A stretch of 63,970 bases of DNA, the filler included, from Dimargaris cristalligena (Eukaryota): NCBI GenBank assembly GCA_003614675.1. It is 8 parts of 8 records of this genome, joined end to end, with 100 filler letters (N's around TTAATTAATTAA, not from the genome) between each part and the next. Parts side by side here need not be neighbours in the genome. Positions count along the whole stretch, not along the records: positions 1 to 7,935 come from ML003372.1; positions 8,036 to 15,958 come from ML003373.1; 6 more parts are not named here. One strand, 5' to 3'. The position numbers and the translations under genes are program-made. Shown here one piece after another: positions 1-11,963 of this stretch. Under the pieces are notes generated by a model that saw nothing but the letters and a program-made list of their open reading frames with translations, had not been told where the DNA came from and ran no database searches. The stretch's first letter is position 1. Each line of letters starts with the position of its first letter.

Positions 1-122
1 AATAACGGAGTGACAGGATAAATCAAAGTAGGTAAAACACAATTTGGAATAAGGGTAGGCTTAGGGTGAGGGGCGTTCGGGAGACTGGCCGGGGGAGATG
101 CGACTCAGTAAGGTTGGCAGAA

Positions 123-688
123 TTACAATTTCATAGGCTGTGGCTGATTTTGCTTTTCCAACTCTGCCCGGAGCTGCTGAGAAAAATCATCCTCGATGTC
201 GTCGTCGTCCCAGTTATCATCCCAGAGGTTTTCGGCGTGCTCGTCCTCTTCAGCGGCATTCCAGTCTATTCGGGTAGAGGAGAGTGACATAATATATAGA
301 TATATATGGTCATCAAAGGGGTTAGTATACTGGAGCGGGGTAGTCAAGTTCTTCGCCCACAGTAACGGGCCGTTTGGAGTCGGAAGAATGGGGGGGGAGG
401 TGGAGTAGAAGCTAACCCATCCGAGCATGTCTGAAACAGGGTGGATATTGGGTGAAGTATAGCCTTGACAGTCCACTGGTAAAGAGTTCAGATGTATACA
501 ATAGTTGAAATTCCTCCTATACAAAGTCTGGTTAGGAGGACATGCGACATACCTTCGGCTTCGAATTCCTCGAATTCGTCATCTTCCTCCAGAATGCCCA
601 GCTGAGGGGTGGGATCGGTGGGCTTGTCGGTGGCCGCGGGCTGGCCATTGGTCGCGCTGGCAGGCTGTGCACTCTTGTTAGACGACAT
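123..688 (-). CDS. SEM1: SEM1/DSS1 proteasome lid subunit; exons 553-688 and 123-265
   Basis: [10 protein letters not shown] and [23 protein letters not shown] motifs; a GT-AG intron at 266-552 joins them in frame (EAE-D-W). Confidence 0.93.
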
Positions 689-1299
689 GTTCAATTGAAT
701 CGGCGTTGTAGATGAAGAGAGGAGGGGAAAGATGGAAGGAATGGGTCTATGCTGCGGAGCAGTGGGATGAGGAAGGGAAAGGAAGTGAAGAAGAAGCGAT
801 GGTTCCAGGTGTTAGGGTGTGGAATCGATAGGAAAGGGTGGGAGGGAGAGAGAGTACTACTATCACAACCACCAGTCGGAAGAGGAATTGGAAGGAGGGG
901 GGAGATCTCGCTCTAAACTTGGTTCGCCCACGCGTATAATTGCACCAGTCTTCTAGTAAGCGGCGCCAGCCTATTCTTCCCGGCCTATGGGGAACTCTCT
1001 CCAGACTTGGTGGTATGGACCGCTATCGCTTTGAAAAGAGAGAGCATGCCATGGGCACTCTTTATTTAATTCCCTTTTAGTTATCTAACCCTTTGCTTCG
1101 TTATTCTCATTCCAGTCCACACTCCACTTTTTCCTAAAGCCCCGGCAAACCTTTTTAAAAGTTCATTTCGCTGTTGGTCTCAATACCTCATTCGTCACTC
1201 ACCGTCTGTTCAATTGCCTGTAACCCGGCGGCCCGCGACTCTTCTACTGCCTACCACACCCACCTCCACTTTCACCCGGCCCCCCGGACCAGATACACC

Positions 1300-2849
1300 A
1301 TGGGTAAAAGTGAGTTCATGTCCCCCAAGGACATTGCCAACCGTATGAAGGTAAGTTTCTTGTTCTAGGAGAAAAATAAAACAGGCGACCTACACCCGTA
1401 CATAAAACATGTAATTGTGAATGTGAAGTGCCAAATCCATGTATTTGTATATATTCTAAAAACCGTTACTCATGGAGTTCATGCAGCCGGTTTACTTACC
1501 ACTATGTCTATTATCTCATGCCTATGGTTCGACCCATTCCCCAGGCTAAAGGTCTCCAAAAGTTACGCTTTTACTGCCAAATGTGCCAAAAGCAATGCCG
1601 GGACGCCAACGGCTTCAAATGCCATTGCCTATCCGAAAGCCATTTGCGGCAGATGTCCCTCTTTGCCGAAAACCCCACCAAGTACATGGAGAGCTTCTCG
1701 GACGAATTCCTCCAAGAATACGTGGCCCTACTCTCCCGGCGGTACAATACGATGCGGGTATCCGCTAACCAAATCTACCAGGAACTCATTGCTGACCGGA
1801 ATCACCTCCACATGAATGCTACTCAATGGGATACCCTAACCGACTTTGTCAAGCACCTCGGGCGAAACGGTATTGCCCATGTGGATGAAACTCCCCGGGG
1901 TTGGTTCGTGGCCTGGATCGATAATAGCCCCGAGGCCCTGGAGCGGCAGGTAAGCCTTTTTTAAAATTTATTTTTGAAATAGGTCATTGCCCAACTAATT
2001 TCGGCGTTTAAGAACTCTGGAGCTACATTGTTGGGGCGGAGGAGGCCCTGCTTTATAAGCCCAACTATTGGTGAAAGTTGTTACTATTCGACTGATTTAT
2101 TTGACTGGCTAGCCGACTAACTTAGTATCTATTGATGACCCCCCCCAACTCGATCCACTAGGCGGCCATCCAAAAAAAGGAGCGAAGCACCATGGATGAC
2201 GAGCAGCGGGAGCAAAAGCGAATCCAAGAGCAAATTGTCCGCGCCCAGTCACAAACGGCGGGATCCGAGAAGTCAGAGGTAAGCGATGATTGCATAGTAC
2301 TATCGAATTGATTTGTATCCCAGTGTTACGACGAATCCAAGTATTTGATATAGCGTATTGATATCGCCTAACTCACCCACATTTGTGTTTGTCTATTTTG
2401 ACCTACTGCCAATTTTCACCCTATACCAGGTATTTACTGAACTCAAACGTACCAACCCCGAGGAGAAGGTCAAGCTCAATATCACATTAACAGGACCTAC
2501 CGCCTCCTCGGATAGTTTAGCTGGCCCTAAAAGCGAATCCACTCCACCCAAATCAACGGAGAGCCCGAATCCCGAGGATGCCAGTTCCACTTCTACCCCT
2601 ACTGTTACACCTGCCACCAAATTTTCATTTGGTAGCGCCGGTAAGGGTAAACCACTGAAGAAGGCCACCCTCGGCAAAAATGGTTTCAAAGCCCTTATTA
2701 ACAGTGCCCAGGGCGCTAAGCTGGCCTCCGAAACCAAGCCACCCACGAAACCGGTTGCTGGATTCGGCGGGGCCTCGAAACGAACCAGTGCGATGGCCAA
2801 TATTATGCAAACCGAATTGGCCCGGAAAGCGGCCAAAAATTCCGAGTAG
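1300..2849 (+). CDS. KIN17: KIN17/Rts2 zinc-finger DNA/RNA-binding protein; exons 1300-1350, 1545-1949, 2162-2278, 2430-2849
   Basis: MGKSEFMSPKDIANRMK-AKGLQKLRFYCQMCQKQCRDANGFKCH and HMNATQW motifs; canonical GT-AG introns. Confidence 0.92.
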
Positions 2850-3306
2850 AGACTATAGAACCGACTCTTTAAAACCAGGTGCCCTGACCAGTCCAAGTAT
2901 TTTATCGACATTGGTGTGGTTACAACTGCTTAGAGATTGGCAAATTCACACACCGCCTCGCTATATACCGACTGGGTTGTATCCGGTGAGACGAGGGAGT
3001 GTGTGTGCATAATAGTGACGTTCGTATTCCATGTATAAAATTGATGTGAAAAAGTGGGTTCATTTAGTATCATGATAAGTGAGTAAACCATACGATAATA
3101 ATAATTTAAAAAAAATCCGCCTAGCAGATCGAGCTAAATGATAATAAGTTTATTTAAAACATAAAAGAGGAGTGGCCATTAAAAACCCCATAGTGGATAA
3201 ACACATTTTTTCTTTTAAAGGGGGGGATGGTGCGTATTAGTCGAACCGATGGGTAATCATGGCTATAGGAAATAAAGGGGCGCACGTGGGATATAAAGCC
3301 GGCGAC

Positions 3307-4450
3307 TCAGTTTAATTTGGCCAGGATGGACTCAATATAGGCCCGCTTTTCCGTGTCCCCGTGGGTGGTGCAAGCCTCCTGGAATTTCAGGGCGGTTTCC
3401 CGATCGATCATGGGGGTAGCGAAGCTCACGGCCTCGGATACGGTAGCGGCCGCTCGGCGGAAGGCCTCCTTACTGGGACCTTCGCAGCAGTACTTGACTA
3501 AGGTGGAGTACGATTCCACGTTCGGTTCCAGTTCGTAGTACTCGAAGAGGGCAAACGTACGGAACATATTATCGAGGGCGGCGAAATACGCGTCGGGCTG
3601 GAAGGGTTCGGCCCGGGAAATGGCGACGGCCTGTTCTCCAAAGGCCCGCATCAGATGGTGGAGGTAATTGGCCGTGGGCCGCTGGCCGTACATGGCCCGG
3701 TCCTGCAAAAGGGTGAGTGCCACTTTGGGCGCCCCAACTTGGGCACAGCGGAAAATGAGCGTGTTGGTGGTGTACGGCGTGATGGGCAGGCCTTCGGCCC
3801 GCCAGGTCCGGACCAGAGCAGGGAGACGCGCGGCCGCGGCGGCGTCGGGTACGAAATTTACCAGGTTGTTCAGGCGGCTGTGAGGGGGGTGCGTGTGCGG
3901 GGTGACCTGGGCAAGCACTTCGGTGAGGTCAGTAATCGCCTTATTGAAATGCTCGACGCACTGTTCTTTGGGTAATTTTTCGGGGAACGTGGGTGCGACG
4001 GACTTGGCTTCGGCCACGGCCGCGTCATGGGAAACAGACCACTGCCGAAAGGTGCGGACTGTGGGGAGGGGAATTATACCAATTGAATCAAGTTAGATCA
4101 TATTTGGGTAGGAAATGAGTTAAATTGATCGATTCATGCGAAATATATTGTCCACATTTAGGGCTAAATACATGTATTAGATATGCAGTAAATGAGAGTG
4201 ACCCCTAACGGCATTGTTAAATTTGAAAATGCCTTAAATATCAACCAGTATATCCCTCAGGAAAGACACGCCTCTAGACCGTCAATTCACCAAGTGCTTT
4301 CCACGGCCGGTAAAACTATAGGCGATCGACTAACTTACCTAGGGCAAAGGAAGTGGGTGAGAGGTTCGAATTTAAGGCCGCGGTACTGAGGTTGGACATA
4401 CGCCACGCCTGGGGGAGATTGGTCCGACTAAGAAAGAGACGGGCCGACAT
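3307..4450 (-). CDS. Putative mitochondrial PPR-like helical repeat protein; exons 4339-4450 and 3307-4058
   Basis: Arg/Ser/Leu-rich presequence-like N-terminus (MSARLFLSRTNL); PPR-like segments PYTTNTLIFRCAQVG and PNVESYSTLVKYCC; GT-AG intron. Confidence 0.6.
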
Positions 4451-7400
4451 GATTGTATGTGGAATTAAAATGAGTTGGACGAGTCTACGTTGACTGGAGA
4501 ATTCAGAGGAGAGGGCTGATCTAGGAAACTGGCGGATAACGAATCGGGGAGATCTGACTAGTATAAGACACCAACTCTAAGTATATAAATATCGAACAAA
4601 AGGAGCGTCAAAGGATAGACTGATCAATGATTGAATGGGGAGGGGGATCTAGGCTGTATGGGATTTTATAAGTACGCTTAGTCGCAGGCCTGAATCCAGC
4701 TCAGGCACCCCGCCACCGGCTAATGTGGTATGGGGGGGGGGAATCTATACCACAGCCTCTCCCAACTTAACCAGTGGCTATAGGATAATTCAACCAAGGA
4801 CATCTACCGCACAAATTTACCAGACAACGCCTTTGCCACGTATATATCATATACAAGCCAACATCTTAGTTGAGTTACACGGTAAGCTATGCGGTAATCC
4901 TGTTTACCCGTGGCTGGGCATTTAATCAATCCCAGCGAGGCCAAACAATACATACGAGAAGCTGAAAGGACACTACTAAGAGCAGATGCAAACCGGGCTG
5001 GATCAGATTATACATATATCTCTCTATATATATGAGTGAAATTCGGCCCAGTTGTATAGGTATTTAAATGGTATACGTATAGGAAGCTAGGCGGGAGATT
5101 CATTTTTAACCAGTATATTTGCCCCATCTAATGGATTTTTGGCTATGAGGCCTGGTTAAACTTCTCCCACACCTGCTATTTAGTACCATGATATGAAGTT
5201 GACATTAAATGAGTTGTGGTGATGAACACCGGCATAAATCGATATGCCTTAACCATTTAGGTATCCCGAGTAATTAAATTATGATCAAAGCAGTTTATTA
5301 TTTCCACCTTGAGCCTGACAGTCCAACCCGAATGGCAGCGGAATATATAAAATGATATCCAAATCCAGCAATAGAGGTAATATCGTTGGTTAGGCAGAAA
5401 AAACAACAACTACCTACTCACGTTTTAGCTAATGAGATACCCCCTTTTACTAACTTCTCTGATACACCAGGATAATTATCAGTTTGCACTTGGCTGTGTA
5501 GTTTCATTATATACAATAATACATTGACCAGGAGCTCCCATGGCTCTAAGCCTCCCTCCGACCTTAGCCTGGGGAGTATATTTTCTCATTTGTGTAAGCC
5601 AGGGCCGACTATATCAAATCCGGAACCATATTACTGGGCACAGACAGAGGGCATTGGATATCACATCCACTGATAGTATTAACGAAATTTTGAAATATGA
5701 CCAGCACCACAGCTATTAATAATCGAGTATTGACGATGTAGCCCCCCTGCCGAAGATCGCAGCGTAATTACAGCTATCCCAACCGTTTAGATCCGGCCCC
5801 GTTCACTGGTCAGTCCCCCTTAAAACAAGCAGTTTTCTGAAAACCCAATAACATCAATAATCCTCAGCATAACCACTTTGGAACCAATATGCTATTATGT
5901 TGGCATAGGCACAGTATTTCATTAAAAGAATGTGGAATTGGCTCTAACTGTGACGACAACACCAGGGGAGTGCGGCGGAGAAGTTGGAGTGTTATAAATC
6001 TATCCCAACGAGTCCTAATCTGTGGTGATGATAAAAACAGTGGACCAAAAGCCTTCCCCGCAATTATAAAAAAAGCTGGCGTGACATCTAAGGGTTCTCA
6101 CCACAGCAAGAAAGCTAGAGATGGTCGAGGTAACCCATGCCTACAGAGGAGGCTGCCACCCTCTTGTGGGGAATACTCCGTGTCTGTATGTAGGTGTAGC
6201 AGCCTCAAGTCAACCTTGACCTCAAAATGACGGATGTGATCTGAGCAAAGGTGTAAAGGGGGAAAGGGTCATCCTCTGCTGATAAATAGAGTCTGGCAAG
6301 AAAAAGGGGGACACAGATATTTCCAACAGGGCTATTCGCCATGGATTTGACTATACTAGTTGGTATGTTGATAGTATAAAGGTTTCCACTAAATGGCTTA
6401 GATGAGCCAGTTCAGGGAACTCAGGCAGGGCAACATAAAATGGCCATCCACTCGCAATTTGTATTAGATTGGGTTTGGTATTAGCTGTAGGTTACCAAGC
6501 AGGCTCATCAAAATGGGATGAGTATATTAGTCCAAAATAGACAGCCAGATCTTGAAAGAATGCACCTGACAGTACCCCTTCAGCTAGTCTACTTCACATG
6601 AATCCAGATATACTGGTTGTATTTATGATCCCTTATCTATTAGAATACTAAGGACATAAAGAAAATAAAACTGGAAGTAAGGAAAGAAAGCAGCTAGAGG
6701 ACAGTGGGTGCTTCTAGGTAGTTAGTTTTATTGAACTGTAATTTTGATGGGATGAAATATAAGTGGCTAACATAAATGATCTCATGATAGCAGGATAAAC
6801 TAACATAATTAGGTGAAACAGGATAGGATGAAAAACACATTGGAACATATTCTTTAATATTTACACACTTAGGGTTTAGCTGAGTAATTATATCTATGCT
6901 ATTCTATGCCCAATTCAGTTAATTTAATAACTAGAACTTCAAAGGACATCGGTAGTTAGGGTATTGAAATGACCCTGGCTTTACTGTATTTTCTGGTTTC
7001 ATTTGAAGTACCAGGGCCATTAGTAACCAAAGTGTGTGGGGGCAGGCCATATTCTATAGGTATATGTGTGGATCTTTCTTTTTGGGACAAGGGAACTCAA
7101 TGAAAAAACTCCTCTAGCCAATGATGGGATGCTTCTATTTTGCCTTAGGTATTGTTAGAATAGCAAATGGTATAGGCGTTTTTATTAGAAAGAGGAACTA
7201 GTAGTAAGAACTTTAATGATGTCAATGTGAGCACTAGTAAACTAAAGAATCAGGGTGCATCACCCGTACACTTTGATATGACCTATAACTACCATCAAAG
7301 GGCATTGAGAGGGCTGGGAAGAACTATATCAAACTTCCAAGAATAATGCATGCATGAGCTGGTCATTAACTGGCTATAGTAATAGTGAAAGGTTTTAGTA

Positions 7401-7935
7401 AGAAGTCCTTGGTCAGGTCAAGGGTGGCTGTAAGACTCTCGGGTTATCTGGCATAGTGGCTGGGGCTATAGTCCCAGCTGTGCTGGTGGACTCCAATGGA
7501 GTTCGGTCACTTTAGTGACTGGAGTCAAGCCTAGCCATGACTGTGGATGTAACAGACGTGAAGTAAATTAAATCGAGTCACAACATACCTTGTTTTTTGG
7601 GTGATTGCATCCCTATGGTTAGTTATACTAGCTATATCTCTGGTAATAGCTTACACCCAATATAGGCAGGGATATGTTTAACCGTATAGGGTTTAGATTG
7701 TAATAGTTATGTTAAAGTAAATGGGATTTTTTAATATACAATAAAACTACATCTACCCAATATACTGAAAGACAAAGGGCCATCATTAAGTAATTTTCCA
7801 TTGACAAAATTAGATGGCTACATGAGAAAATAATAACCACTGGTTGGAGCTAAGCTGTTGACAGTATAATGTACATACCATGGTATAAACTGGTTGATGG
7901 TGGAAGATATCAGTAAAGAAACCATGGCAGTCAGT

Positions 7936-8035
7936 NNNNNNNNNNNNNNNNNNNNNNNNNNNNNNNNNNNNNNNNNNNNTTAATTAATTAANNNNNNNNN
8001 NNNNNNNNNNNNNNNNNNNNNNNNNNNNNNNNNNN
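7936..8035. other. Artificial contig linker (N run-TTAATTAATTAA-N run). Same linker at 15959-16058, 23978-24077, 31986-32085, 39988-40087, 47985-48084 and 55983-56082
   Basis: Identical 100-bp spacers carrying stops in all six frames, spaced about 8 kb apart. Confidence 0.98.
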
Positions 8036-9320
8036 TTCTCTGCCATTGTCCTGTGGGTCTTCCTCCCTCAGATAGGAGGTACTGTGGGAGAGATCGGCCT
8101 CCATCCTATGGGGGGGGAGAGGCCTCTTCTGGTTGCAATATTAAACCCGCCAGAGTGGCGAATTTACAACCATATATCCATGACATTAATTAATAAATTG
8201 ATACATGTAGCGTTATGGATATGATACAAACTACACTGCAACTAATCCTGGTGTCCGGGCCCCAGTGTACGCTAAACTACCTGGTTTTCCAGAGATATAG
8301 ACTTGCCATACCCCCACCCTAGCCAGTTTGGAATCCATTAAGCATGGTTAGCGATCCATTTAGCTAGCCAGGCTCAATTACCGAGCAAGGCCAATCCCCC
8401 TCCCTCTCCACACGTACTTTAGCCTTATTTGCATACCCCACCCCATCCCTTTCTGAGGCATTCAGTGCCAACACTCACACTTCCCTGTGGACTCACTATG
8501 GATTTCCCTAGCACGTCTCTCCACTAATTAGGTTGGTATTGTGATTTACCAGGCAGGAAATAGGTAGAGTTTTTTGGTGGGGAAGTTATTTAGGTGGGAG
8601 GTTCTGAATCTGCCGCATGTGGTTTTTATTGACAAGCTGAGATACTAAGAAAAAGGGAGCTCGGGGAGCCCTGGACAGCCCTCACCCCTCCACCTTGCCT
8701 ACTTGGCGAACCAGACTGGGTACAATTGCATTTAGAAACCGCGGCGATCCTTCATTGCCATATTCCATCCTCCCCACTTAGTAATATGGGAGAGATCCCT
8801 GTCTTTTCTGGCTATAATCCGCTTTTACATTACTCAGTGTGGTAGTGGTAGTGGTGATATTGGAACAGACGCCCACTGATAATATTTATGCAGGGCCTCA
8901 GGGCCATCCCAACCCGCCTTTGGCATTTGTTCAACTGGCCTAGTGTGAGAGGAAAGGGGGACGGGTACAGTCTCCCTGGTCCTTGTTCAATGTGGTGGGA
9001 GCCGTCGATCTCATGTTTCTAAGTCTCGACAGTCAGTTACAATGTGCTGTGGGGCTATCAAAATGGAATGGATGGCCCAGGTTTAATAGTGTGTACAAAA
9101 ATTAAAGCCATTAGTGCCGTTTAGTTTGATATTACGGACCTCTTGGGTCTTAGTGCTCAATAGGAGGTGGGGATGTATAAAGTGTAACATGTTCCTCGCG
9201 AATAATTAGGGAAGCACTCCACAATACCCACTTTCCTCTTCCCATTGACCTGGTTTGGTTCCTAGTTAATATCTACATACTACACTGTTATATACGAGTG
9301 GACTTATAATAATATTCACC

Positions 9321-10640
9321 ATGCGATTCACTTTCACTTTGGCTAGCCTTGCTCAGCTGAGCTTGGTCCTTACCAACATGAGCACCACCTCAGCCGTAGC
9401 CGAACCGCTTTGCTCCATGTACTGTGGACCGGGCGCTACTCTGATTCAATACGAGACCACCACCAGCTACGTGGACACCACGACCACTCTGACCTACACC
9501 ACGACCACTGGCAAACCCTTCGCCGCCACTACCCAGTATAGTACCACGACGTATTGGACGGCCTTCTGGAATGGCGCCACCCTCACCACGACGGTGGGGG
9601 GCGGACCGACCACCACCACCACCAAAACGGTGACACCCACCGTTACCACCACAGCTACCGCGACGGCCCAGGCTACCGTAACCAGCACATCCACGGCCTT
9701 CTCCACCCAAACTGTTGCGAAAACGGTGACTTCCACATTCAACGCAACCACCCAGACTACCAAGACAGTGACGGTGACCGGTGCCCCTTCTACAATCACC
9801 AAAACGGCAACTAAGATCGTGACTATGACCCCCATTACAACTACTTCGACTACTCCGGCTGTGACGACCACCCCGATCAGCGCGACTTCGACTACGCCGG
9901 TTGTAATTACCACAAGCACCACTTCGATCACCCCGGTCCCAACTACCACTAGTACCACTTCGGTTACTCCAGTCGCAACTACTACTAGCACGACCCCGGC
10001 TGTGCCTACCACCAGCACTACTTCGACTACTCCGACCGTAACTATCACTAGTACTACCCCGGCTGTGACCACCTCTAGCACCACCTCAGTCACCCCAGTC
10101 GTAAGCATCACTAGCACCACTCCAGCTGTGACTACCACCAGCACTACCTCGACCACCCCAGTCGTGACTACCACTAGTACCACCCCGGCTGTGACTACCA
10201 CCAGCATTACTTCGATCACTCCGGTTGACAGCACCACCAGTACTACCTCTATTACCCCCGTTGATACCACCACAAGCACCACTTCGACCACCCCGGCCGA
10301 AACCACCACCAGTGCCACCTCGACTACTCCGGTAGACTCCACCACCAGTATGACCGCAACCACCACCTCGGCAGCCCCTTCGGCCACCTGGACCAATGAT
10401 TTCCACCAGGTGTATATTGTCCAATTTGACGGCCAATACGGTACCACCCAGGGCACGACTTCCCGCAACAATTTCTTCAATACCATCAAGAATTGGGACA
10501 TTTACTACAGCGTGACGACCAACTACACCGTCCTGATCAACGGCGTGGCCATTGATTTCTACGATGACTACTATGGCCCGGCGTCCATGATTACCGGTGT
10601 CACTAAAATGACCCCCGAAATGACCGGTGGAGTATCTTAG
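9321..10640 (+). CDS. Secreted Thr-rich mucin-like protein with a C-terminal peptidase inhibitor I9-like domain
   Basis: Signal peptide; TTSTTP(V/A)V repeats; C-terminal YIVQF...Y..LINGVAI...GVTKMTP resembles subtilisin propeptides. Confidence 0.7.
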   Translation: MRFTFTLASLAQLSLVLTNMSTTSAVAEPLCSMYCGPGATLIQYETTTSYVDTTTTLTYTTTTGKPFAATTQYSTTTYWTAFWNGATLTTTVGGGPTTTTTKTVTPTVTTTATATAQATVTSTSTAFSTQTVAKTVTSTFNATTQTTKTVTVTGAPSTITKTATKIVTMTPITTTSTTPAVTTTPISATSTTPVVITTSTTSITPVPTTTSTTSVTPVATTTSTTPAVPTTSTTSTTPTVTITSTTPAVTTSSTTSVTPVVSITSTTPAVTTTSTTSTTPVVTTTSTTPAVTTTSITSITPVDSTTSTTSITPVDTTTSTTSTTPAETTTSATSTTPVDSTTSMTATTTSAAPSATWTNDFHQVYIVQFDGQYGTTQGTTSRNNFFNTIKNWDIYYSVTTNYTVLINGVAIDFYDDYYGPASMITGVTKMTPEMTGGVS

Positions 10641-11963
10641 GTTGATATTACTTGAGGACATCATATGATGGTCCTATTTCGATGGAATAGGCGATCTTAC
10701 GAAATTTGGAGGGAGAGGAGAGGCAGAGCGTGGAAGAGAGAAAAAGAGGTTTCCCACTCATCCGTATCCCGCTTTGTTATCCGAATACCTCTAAATTCCG
10801 ACTGTCGTGTACCAATAGGTTGGTACGAAGATAGTGCGCCCATTGCGACTTCTATTTGTTAATTATTTGTCTTTATTAATTATTGGTGATATCTTATATA
10901 TTAAATGGGTATTATTATTATTATTATTATACATTAAAAAAAGCCTCTTTTGTGGCCATTTTTCCTGTTCTGTAATACCCTTCTAGTCGATATACATAAA
11001 AAAATAGTGACAGGCCAATGGCATGCCAATTGCCGTGACATATCCTTTCACCTAACCCACAATAAATAATCAGTATCATCAAAGTGAATATGGGCCAATT
11101 TTAAGTCCTGATTGTATTGTATTGGTTTCGAAAGGAATACAGGTCTGGCTAATATCTGAACGAAGGATTCGGCTTGGATAAACACTCCTCGTGGGTGGAT
11201 TGAACTATAATAATAGTCCATTTAGAATATTACCTGGTCAGCTTTCACCCAACCCTTGCTGCAATCACCTGAACTGAGCCATCACCCAACCGAAATACCT
11301 GGGGTATCAGTTAGCTTAGCATACACTATTCGATAGTCTTCACCCTACATTTAAAGCAGCGATCCTGGCGGGGTTCCAAAAGTTTCCTTAATTCCAATCC
11401 CCCGTAGTATTATGATATCCTTTCATTGTAGAACAGCATAGCCAGGGGGGATGAGGACTAGATAATAGACATAGGTCCCAGGCTCTCCCATTTTTCTAGG
11501 GGGGCCTACACGGATTTGCGAATAGGCAATATATGTTTATGTGTATATTCATATGTAAACATGAGTGTAATAAAATGTATGAAAAAGCAGGAAGCTGACT
11601 CTCAAAGTAGTGAAGTTCGGACTATGCTTGGGTAAAGGAGATACACCATGCCAAATAAAGGGAAACTCGATCATATCCCAATGATTGAATATAGTAATAG
11701 TACCGATAATAATTATAATAATAATATGGGTCAGACCTCATATTCCCCTTTAAGTGGTCATGAATATTACCGAAACTTTTATAGATCATCCACAAAAGGA
11801 CCTCCTCCACATAATACGCCTGGTAATCCACAGAGAGAAGCACTGGCAAAAGTGGAGGCGGATAAGAATAAAAAAACAGGAAATGAAAAATAATGGGAGC
11901 GGAGGGGGGGGCGAAACCAAGAGAAAAAACAGGGGAGTGTGGGGAATGCTGAAATAAAGACAC

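Noticed and set aside
5900-7935. CpG-poor stretches (also 32086-33400 and 48085-49300) as specific transposons
   Set aside because: Probably decayed repeats, but I could not read any diagnostic domain or terminus
7936-8035. Regularly spaced TTAATTAATTAA motifs as a biological repeat
   Set aside because: Artificial linkers between concatenated contigs
9494-10501. Val-rich minus-strand ORF
   Set aside because: Reverse complement of Thr (ACN) codon repeats
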